A stretch of 64,000 bases of DNA from Blastocladiella emersonii ATCC 22665 (Eukaryota > Fungi > Blastocladiomycota), in contig JANHCV010000007.1 of NCBI GenBank assembly GCA_025594325.1, positions 930,001 to 994,000 of the forward strand, written 5' to 3'. How positions within the stretch are numbered: position 1 is the first letter of the stretch; the number at the start of each line of letters is the position of its first letter. This document shows positions 46,787 through 55,247 of this stretch, in pieces. The notes below the pieces were generated by a model. It did not search any database, was not told where the DNA came from, and saw only the letters and a list, made by a program, of their open reading frames with translations. Position numbers and translations under genes: made by a program.

Positions 46787-49700
46787 ATGCCTTGCAAGCA
46801 GGTTCCTGGTACAGCTGGCACCGCCTTTGGTCTTGAGTGGTTCCACGGCAAGGACGGCGGCGGCAGTGACATGGGCCCTCAGCGCAAGCTCCTCTCTGAG
46901 CTGCAAGACAACGAGACGGTCATCAAGCGCCTTGTTGACAAGGGCGTCGACAACCATGGCGAACCCAAGGCGGCGCACTATTTTGCCAAGGTCAAGACGG
47001 TGGGCCTGGCTGGGCTCCTCAACAAGAACCGCTGCATCCAGGAGATGGTCCACCCCGAGCGCCTGTCCAAGGTCTACTTTGACATTGACTGCCTGGGCAA
47101 CAACAAGGACGTGACGCTGGACGTCATCAAGAAGGTCATCCTGGCCCAGTTCCCCGGCGCCAACCTCCAGGTCTGCGGCTACGAGACGGACCTCAAAAAG
47201 TCGTGGCACATTGTCCTCAGCAACTACACGGCCACGCTCAAGGACATGTCGTTCCTGAAGCTGTTCTGCAGCCACCCCGACCACGTCAAGCTCGGCTTTG
47301 ATGCCAGCGTGTACAGCAAGCACCGCTTCATGAAGTGCATCAACCAGTCCAAGCCCAAGAAGACACCCGGCACGTTCAAGGCAGGGAACAAGGACCGCCT
47401 GTCCAAGCATCTGATCCAGTACGACTTTGACCCCAACTGCGTGCCGATCTCGGACCTGTCCTTTGTCAAGTTTGTGTCTGCCGAGGCCAAGGCAGCGCGG
47501 GCCAAGCGCCGCAAGGGTCGCTTTGACTACGACCTCGACATCCCCGAGTTCAAGGACGTGCAGATCGACCCTGACTTCTTCTACTATGACGCCACGCCAC
47601 TCGAGATCCTCCACAACCTCCCTGTCAGCCCTGAGAACGCGTTCCACAACAACGTGACCTGGCTGATCATGACCTGGGCCATGCGCAAGGGTGTCACCTT
47701 TGAACAGTTCTGGGCGTGGACGTCCCAGCAGGACAACTCGGCTCAGCGCTTTGCCAAGTACCAGCAGCGGTGGGGCGAGATTGCCAGCAACTGCGACTAC
47801 CAGGTGCCGGACAAGTTCATCAAGGCCATCTTCTACAAGCGGTTCCGGGACGCGTTCAAGTCCAAGGCCATGATCAAGTTTGAGCAGTCGCTCCAGGTCC
47901 CCGCCAACGTGACCGTCCCCAACCAGTTCCTGAGCTGCAACGACATTACCGAGGCCAAGTTCAACGTGCTGGCCACGGGCATGGGCTCCAACAAGACGGG
48001 CGCTGTTTGCGACTACATTGCCAAGTACCCAGACGCTCGAGTGGTCTGGATTACACCTCACATCACCCTGGCCCACAACACCGAGGGTTGAGCCCGCGAA
48101 CAGAAGCTTGGCTTTGTCAACTACCGCAGCATCAAGGACAAGAAGACCATGGGCGAGCACGCGCAACTCATTGTCTCGCCGTGCTCGCTGCACTACTTGA
48201 CCAAGCCCTACGACATTGTTGTGGTGGACGAGTCAGAGACGGTCCTCAAGATGTTCCAAGACGCCAAGCTCCACACGACCACCATTAGCAACAACCTCGA
48301 GGCCAACCTCAAGGCCTTCAAGACGCTGTGTGAGCACAAGGGCAGCAAGGGTATCTTCATGGACGCGTTCATCACAAACCTGACCATGGACGTCCTCCGC
48401 TCCTTTACTGTCAAGCACAACATCCTGACTGCAACCCATGGTAAGATCAAGGTGATCACAAACACGCTGGGCAAGACGTTTGTGCTGCGCACAATGAGCC
48501 TCATCACCCATGACAAGAACGAGGACAAGTCCGCCAAAGACATCATGGAGAGCAACATCATTGCCGACCTCAAGGCCAACAAGAAGCTCTACCTGTTCAT
48601 CCCGCGGCCAATCAGCAAGTCGACCAAGTGGTCGGCGCAGACCTTTGGCGAGTACCTTGAGCGGGTCTTTGCCAAGGAGAAGTGGAAGATTGGCAAGCAG
48701 ATCAAGCTGTACCACGGCGACCGCCCCAACCACGAGGACAAGGAACTTGCAGACCCTGACTCTGTGTGGGGCGACAATACGGTCCGTATAGTCATTGCCA
48801 ACCTCAAGATCACCGTTGGCGTCAACTTCTCAACAAAGAACAAGTTTGACAAGGTGTACGCGCGCTACGAGTCCTGGGTCCCTGCCCGCGACTTCTTCCA
48901 AGCAATCTACCGCGTGCGCTACCCCAAGGACAATGAGATCGTGTTCATGATCAGCCGTGGTTGCCGCAGCATGTTCATGAACAAGTCCCAGGTCATTAAC
49001 TCGGACTTGGTCGGCAAACTTCACCAGGCCATTGTCAAGAACACGGATCTCGAGAACGAGATGGCCGCTGTGACCTCGTGCCTCAAGGTCTTTGACGCCT
49101 TCCGCAAGGTTGCCAACATTGTCATGGACAACTCCCCCGAGTACTACTACATGGCGCACCCCGAGATTGAGGATGTCATGACATCGGGCTGGTCCTTTGA
49201 CTAGGCAAACGTCCAGCTTCCATCCAAGGAGACCCTGCACGACCACTGCAAGGGTACACTCAAGGACCCGGACTGGACCATCTGCCTCTCCGTCCGCAAG
49301 GCCTTCTTCATCTGCAAGTTCAAGGGTCTGAGTGAGGACAACATGGAGGCCATCTGGGACGACAACGCCGAGCGCTTCATGGAACGTATCCAGTACTTTT
49401 ACACCAAGGACAAGGCCCACGTCCTGCACAAGCTCCTTGACCACAACAGCATGGACCTCCGCACGTCCGAGGAGTTCAACGTCCAGTCCACCATCCCCAC
49501 CACGTTTGAAGCAGACATCTGCAAGTACTTCAAGAAGCTTTCGTCAAACAAGAAGTGTGGCCCAGCAATTGTACTGATCACCATGCTCGACACCTACTTC
49601 AACAAGTGCCTTGCTGCGCCAGACAAGGACAACTGCCAGGTCACAATTCGTGGCAAGTAGTACACTAACCTGAAGTGGACGGAAGACATCAACTACTTTG

Positions 49701-49801
49701 TCATGTACAAGACCTGGACCACTGCCCCGGCTGAGTCGGCGCCGTTTGTCCTGGAGCTGGACCTGGACGAGGTCTACAACGAGCTCATCAACGAGCCCTA
49801 A
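46787..49801 (+). pseudogene. AEP primase(-polymerase) + PriCT-like + UL9/origin-binding-protein-like SF2 helicase fusion, with three in-frame stops
   Basis: AEP motifs YFDID, KSWHIV and FDASVY..HRFMKCINQSK; helicase motifs TGMGSNKT, IVVVDESE and ITVGVNF. ORFs 46586-48091, 48149-49204 and 49343-49660 share one frame, and the coding-like reading continues to TAA at 49799-49801. Confidence 0.82.
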
Positions 49802-49895
49802 GACAGTCCACGACCTGCCACAATGCCTGCTAAGACGCTCCCCTGCCCTGACCCCCCCGTACCCTGACCCTTTGTCTTTGATTAATACATTGATG

Positions 49896-51786
49896 CTGCT
49901 AAGACGCTCCCCTGCCCTGACCCCCCGTACCCTGACCTCTTGTCTCTGAAAAGTTCCACTTTTCGCTCAAAAAGGGGCAGTGTATATAGATACCTACCTG
50001 TTTTTGAGCGAAAAGTGGAACTTTTACGGTGAACGGCTTCATAGCAGTCGCTCGCGGCAGGTGGTCAGGGACTGGCTCGGGGACTGGCTCGGGGACTGCT
50101 CACAGATCGACTTGCAGCTGTGCTCAGGGACCAGACCAGGGAACTCTGTCAGTGGGTAGCCGCAGCTGCGCTGCTCTTCGTCTTGCTGCGCTCGCCGGCC
50201 GCCGCCGACCGCTCGGGGTAAGCAATGGTCAGCCTGAGTGGTTGGTCAGGGACGGGCTCAGGGATCTGCTCTCGGACTTGTTGTCACGGTTCAGTGATCC
50301 GACAGCTCGGGCTGGTGGCGCGGGCTGGTGGCGCAGTCCCTCATAAGCCGAGCGTTGCCCTCGCTCTCCCTCTCTCTTGTCATTCGTGATACAAAGTGTA
50401 AGGTGCCGAGGGGGAGGGTCTTGTGCCACAAGGAATGACTAGCTGGATAATGAAGGATTGTATCACGAATGACAAGAGAGAGGGAGAGCGAGGGCAACGC
50501 TCGGCTTATGAGGGACTGCGCCACCAGCCCACGCCACCAGCCCGAGCCGTCGGATCACTGAACCGTGACACTTGTCTTGCAGATCAACTCGCAGATCGAC
50601 TTGCAGCCGTGCTCAGGGACCAGACCAGGGAACTTTGTCAGTGGGTAGCCGCAGCTGCGCTGCTCTTCGTCTCGCTGCGCTCGCCGGCCGCCGCCAACCG
50701 CTCGGGGTAAGCAATGGTCAGCCCAAGGGGTTGGTTAGGGACAGGCTCGGGGGTCAGGTCAGGGACTCACTCCTCAACCACTCGCCCCCTCCCTTCCACC
50801 CACCCTCCCGCCCACCTGCTTCGGCCTTCAGCCTCCATCCACGTGTCGTGTTCCCTAAGGGAACACGACATTTGAATCCAACATATTATTAACCACCCGG
50901 GGTAAGCAACTGGGTCTCACGTGGTTACCCCGAGTGACTGCCGCCGACCGCTCGGGGTAAGCAATTGGTCAGCCCAAGTGGCAGTGGGTCAGCCCATGTT
51001 GTATCCCTTAAGGGATACGACACGGCGGCCTTGTCGTCGTCCACCACTGCCACGGCCTTGGTCCTGCCCTTGTCCGGTGCGCCGCTGGCCTCGGCCAACA
51101 CCAACGTGGCGCCGGCCTCGTCGTCGTCCGCCGCTGCCACGGCCTCGGTCCTGCCCTTGTCCGGTGCGCCGCCGGCCTCGGCCAACACCAACGTGGCGCT
51201 GGCCTCGTCGTCGTTCACCGCCGCTGCGCCGCGTCGCCCGTCAACCAACGTGGCGCCAGTCCCGCCGGCCTCGGCCGCTGCGGCGCGTCGACCCTCGACC
51301 AACGTGCCGCCGGCCTCGTCGTCGTCCGCCGCTGCTGCGCCGCGTCGCCCGTCGACCAACGTGGCGCCGGCCTTCTCGTTCACCGCCGCCACCACGGCCT
51401 CGGTCCTGCCCTTGTCCGGTGCGCCGCCGGCCCTGACCCCGCCCTCGTTGCCCGCGGTTCGCCGACCGGCGCGCGGTGTGGCTCGCCCCGCCCAGTACCC
51501 GCCCGACGGACCGCTCAAGGAGGTCCTCCCGCCCGCCTGCACGCGCAAGCACCAGCGTGTCGTGTCGCCCAAGGCCGAGGCCGAGGCAGACCCCTTCCCT
51601 CTTCTGCCGCAACCGCCCTCACTCGCTGCGATCGGCAGTGTCAGAGGGTTTGCTGCCCCGAAGGCCAGGGCAAAGCGCCGTCACTACTACGACGAGGACA
51701 ATGACGACTACGTGTGCAGTCAGCAGGTGGATGATGACGACTGATTTCTTTTTTTCATACATTATGTTTTGTTCCGCGGTATCAAG
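49896..51786 (-). repeat. Right arm of 1891-bp inverted repeat
   Basis: Reverse complement of 33249-35139; mirror-image ORFs are visible in the ORF track. Confidence 0.95.
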
Positions 51787-51975
51787 CGCGCGACGCTGTG
51801 TATTATTTTTCCCCCGAATATGGATCGGCATTTTTCCGACGCGCCGCAGCCGCCGCGAGAGCAACGGGGGGCGCCGCCTCTCCCTTCAAAACGCGCCGCG
51901 TCGTTCATGGCCCGCTCTCCCTCCCCCCAACCCCTCCTTGATTCCAAACGCCATCAACCACCACCACTACCGACC

Positions 51976-53506
51976 ATGACCGAGCTCCTGCAGACGACGC
52001 CCATCGACGCCATCTCCGGCATCGTGCGCGACGTGCGTTCCGCGTGGCACGACTCGCGGTGCACGGCGTCACTCGAGTTCCGCCGCGCGCAGCTGCGCGG
52101 CATCGTGCGCATGCTCGAGGAGAACGAGGCCGTGTTCGCCAACGCCGTGCACCGCGACCTCGGCAAGTCGCGCCTGTACTACGTCCTCACCGAGTCGATG
52201 CTGGCGACCAACGACGCGGTCGAGGCCATCGACGCCCTCGAGGAGTGGGCGCAGCCGCAGGTCCTGCCGCGCTCGCTCGCCAACCTGTCCGACACGGTCG
52301 AGCTGCGCAAGGCGCCGCTCGGCGTCGTGCTCGTCATTGGCGCGTGGAACTACCCGGTCCAGCTCGTCCTGCGCCCGCTCGTCGCGGCGCTCGCCGCGGG
52401 CAACGCGGCCGTCGTCAAGCCGTCCGAGAACGCGCCGCATACCGCGCAGGCGCTCGCCGACCTCATCCCGCAGTACCTCGACCCGCGCGTCGTGCGCGTC
52501 GTCAACGGCGGCGTGCCCGAGACCACCGAGCTGCTCAAGCAGAAGTTCGACCATATCGTCTACACGGGCAACGGGAACGTCGGCAAGGGCATCATGCGCG
52601 CCGCTGCTGAGCATCTCACGCCCACGACGCTCGAGCTCGGCGGAAAGAGGTACGCGACGCGACGACGATGTTGGCTCCACTTGCGACGCTGACTCTTTCG
52701 CGGACGAGTGTAGCCCGGCCATCATCCACCCGTCGGCCGACCTGCGCGTGGCCGCGCGCCGCATCGCGTGGGGCCGGTTCCTCAACGCGGGCCAGACGTG
52801 CATCGCGCCCGACTACGTGCTGCTGCCGCGGTCGATCCAGGCCGCCTTCATCCAGGAGCTGCACGTCGCGCTGCTCGAGTTCTTCACCGCCACGCCCAAG
52901 TCGTGCTCCGACTACGGCCGCATCGTCAACGCGCGCCACTTTGACCGCCTCGCCGCCTTGCTGCCCACCTTCACGGGCACCGCCAAGGATTCGGCGGTGG
53001 GGAACGGCCATGTGGTCCACGGCGGGAGCGCGGTCGACTGGGACCGCAAGTCCCTGTACGCGCCGCCCACGGTCGTCGCCAACGTGGCGCCCACGGCGCC
53101 CATCATGCAGGACGAGATCTTTGGCCCGATCCTCCCGATCCTTCCACTGGACTCGGCGGACTGGATCGAGGAGGCGATCCGCGTCGTCGAGCTCAACGAC
53201 ACCCCGCTCGCCCTCTATGTCTTCTCGAACGACGACGCCGTCACCGAGCACGTCATCGCGCGCACGCGGTCGGGCGGCGTGTCGGTCAACGACGTGATGC
53301 TGCAGGCGACGGCGCGCGGCGCGCCGTTTGGCGGCGTCGGGACCTCCGGCATGGGCGGGTACGGCGGGAAGCACGGGTTCGACCGGCTCTCGCACACGCG
53401 GACGACCGTCAAGGCGAGTCTCGGCGGCGAGGCCCTCAAGGCCGTCCGGTACCCGCCGCTGTCGGCGAGTGTCGTCGCCGTGGCCAAGGTGCTGTCGCAG
53501 CTATGA
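51976..53506 (+). CDS. Aldehyde dehydrogenase family 3 (fatty aldehyde dehydrogenase, Hfd1-like)
   Basis: IGAWNYP, VKPSE, YTGNGNVG, ELGGKSP (joined across intron ~52650-52713), catalytic FLNAGQTCIAPDY, EIFGPILP and PFGGVGTSGMG. Confidence 0.93.
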
Positions 53507-53568
53507 AGTTTGGGATCGTGTGTGGGGTGTGTCGTGTACGAGAGAGCGAGTGTGGCAGAGGAGAACAA

Positions 53569-54484
53569 CGCGCCGAGCTGTACGTGGCGCCCGTCGAGGC
53601 GACCGTCCCCGCAAATACAGCGGGGACCAAGGCCGCGACGGCGGCGCGGGCGGCCAGGGCCGCGGCCGCGGCTGCTGCTGCTGCTGCTGCGTCCGCGTCG
53701 GCGCCACCACCCGGCGTCTACCGGCCGCCCACGCCGGCTCCCACGGCCGCCGCGGCTACCAAGAAGACGAGGGCGAAGAAGGCGTGAGAGTTGAGCGCGC
53801 GACGCTTCTTAATCTATCTTGATACCGCGGAACAAAACATAATGTATGAAAAAAAGAAATCAGTCGTCATCATCCACCTGCTGACTGCACACGTAGTCGT
53901 CATTGTCCTCGTCGTAGTAGTGACGGCGCTTTGCCCTGGCCTTCGGGGCAGCAAACCCTCCGACACTGCCGATCGCAGCGAGTGAGGGCGGTTGCGGCAG
54001 AAGAGGGAAGGGGTCTGCCTCGGCCTCGGCCTTGGGCGACACGACACGCTGGTGCTTGCGCGTGCAGGCGGGCGGGAGGACCTCCTTGAGCGGTCCGTCG
54101 GGCGGGTACTGGGCGGGGCGAGCCACACCGCGCGCCGGTCGGCGAACCGCGGGCAACGAGGGCGGGGTCAGGGCCGGCGGCGCACCGGACAAGGGCAGGA
54201 CCGAGGCCGTGGTGGCGGCGGTGAACGAGAAGGCCGGCGCCACGTTGGTCGACGGGCGACGCGGCGCAGCAGCGGCGGACGACGACGAGGCCGGCGGCAC
54301 GTTGGTCGAGGGTCGACGCGCCGCAGCGGCCGAGGCCGGCGGGACTGGCGCCACGTTGGTTGACGGGCGACGCGGCGCAGCGGCGGTGAACGACGACGAG
54401 GCCAGCGCCACGTTGGTGTTGGCCGAGGCCGGCGGCGCACCGGACAAGGGCAGGACCGAGGCCGTGGCAGCGGCGGACGACGAC
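53569..54484 (+). repeat. Direct repeat copy 2 of 33000-33915
   Basis: Contains a promoterless 5'-truncated copy of the JmjC C-terminal coding end (...KKTRAKKA*) followed by the sequence that forms the outer inverted repeat. Confidence 0.92.
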
Positions 54485-55155
54485 AAGGCCGCCGCCACGT
54501 CAGTCGAGGGCTGCACCGCAGCGGCGGCGGACGACGACGAGGCCGGCGCCACGTCGGTCGAGGGCTGCACCGCAGCAGCGGCAGCGGCGGCGACTGAGAT
54601 GACCGACGGGCCCGCCGTGTTGGACGAGGTTGACGCGGCGGCGGCGTTGTGCCGAGGGCCACCACGGACGCCCCGGAAGTTGGCGCGCGGTGCCATCGAC
54701 TGGTCGACACCATCAAGGGTCACTGGCCGCGTCATGTCGGACAGGCTCGCAAAGATGTGCACGGCACGGATCGCCTCGAGGCCGTACGTGGCCTTGATGG
54801 CCTCGACCGTTGGGAAGCTCAAGCCAAAGTTAGCCGAGCGCGTGAGCCGGGGATGCTCGTTCTTCCAGTTGGCCTGCGCACGGTGCGGGTCGTTCCACGA
54901 GCTGCAGCCGCGCCACGCGTCGCTGTAGGTGAGCGAGAAGGCGACCCGGCGGCCGCCCTTGTTCATGATGTACTCATGCGCGACCACGTCGTCGAAGTGG
55001 GCCTGGACCGGCTCGCCCACGCCGGCCGCGGCGTTGGTCTTGGCCTTGGCCTGCTTCTTCTTGGCCTTGCGCTTCGACTTGTTCGGGGCGACGGACGCGT
55101 CGGCGGGCTCCTCAACGGCCATGGTCTCGTCGGCGGACTCCTTGTCAATGGCCAT
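53860..55155 (-). CDS. 431-aa orphan protein divergent from Fanzor; its 3' half is duplicated in both viral inverted-repeat arms
   Basis: Long ORF with a globular-looking N-terminal part (YIMNKGGRRVAFSLTYSDAWRG...) and S/A/P repeats. The C-terminus ...YVCSQQVDDDD* also appears at 33291 and 51744. Confidence 0.5.
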   Translation of the reverse strand: MAIDKESADETMAVEEPADASVAPNKSKRKAKKKQAKAKTNAAAGVGEPVQAHFDDVVAHEYIMNKGGRRVAFSLTYSDAWRGCSSWNDPHRAQANWKNEHPRLTRSANFGLSFPTVEAIKATYGLEAIRAVHIFASLSDMTRPVTLDGVDQSMAPRANFRGVRGGPRHNAAAASTSSNTAGPSVISVAAAAAAAVQPSTDVAPASSSSAAAAVQPSTDVAAALSSSAAATASVLPLSGAPPASANTNVALASSSFTAAAPRRPSTNVAPVPPASAAAARRPSTNVPPASSSSAAAAPRRPSTNVAPAFSFTAATTASVLPLSGAPPALTPPSLPAVRRPARGVARPAQYPPDGPLKEVLPPACTRKHQRVVSPKAEAEADPFPLLPQPPSLAAIGSVGGFAAPKARAKRRHYYDEDNDDYVCSQQVDDDD

Positions 55156-55247
55156 GGCCTCGTTGTCAGGTCGCGCGACGAGGCGGCCGACAAAGAGGAC
55201 GGACGAGATGGAGCCGACCCTGAGTGCGTCGAGGCGGTGGGTGAGCG

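Larger units (their letters stand above)
34013..51022. mobile_element. Endogenous Polinton-like virus (~17.0 kb, ~1.13-kb virus-specific terminal inverted repeats)
   Basis: Intronless gene cluster with MCP, penton, packaging ATPase, rve integrase, tyrosine recombinase, primase-helicase and fibre between long inverted repeats. The virus-specific part of the repeat begins where similarity to 53818-54490 stops. Confidence 0.9.

Noticed and set aside
39035-49801. Alternative genetic code or programmed readthrough in the virus
   Set aside because: Both TGA and TAG interrupt genes, yet TGA and TAG also serve as apparently genuine stops (penton TGA, integrase TAG). Point-mutation decay is more parsimonious.
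34013-51022. Giant-virus (NCLDV) endogenous fragment or classic Maverick
   Set aside because: The size, TIRs and small MCP fit a PLV. There are no NCLDV core genes such as RNA polymerase or PolB, and no pPolB or protease as in canonical Mavericks.
33243-51792. Target-site duplication for the 18.5-kb inverted-repeat unit
   Set aside because: The flanks ATCTAT (left) and CGCGCG (right) do not match, so the outer ends are not a canonical Polinton insertion.
53503-53787. Independent 94-aa gene
   Set aside because: It is just the duplicated last ~70 codons of the JmjC gene fused to ALDH 3' UTR sequence.
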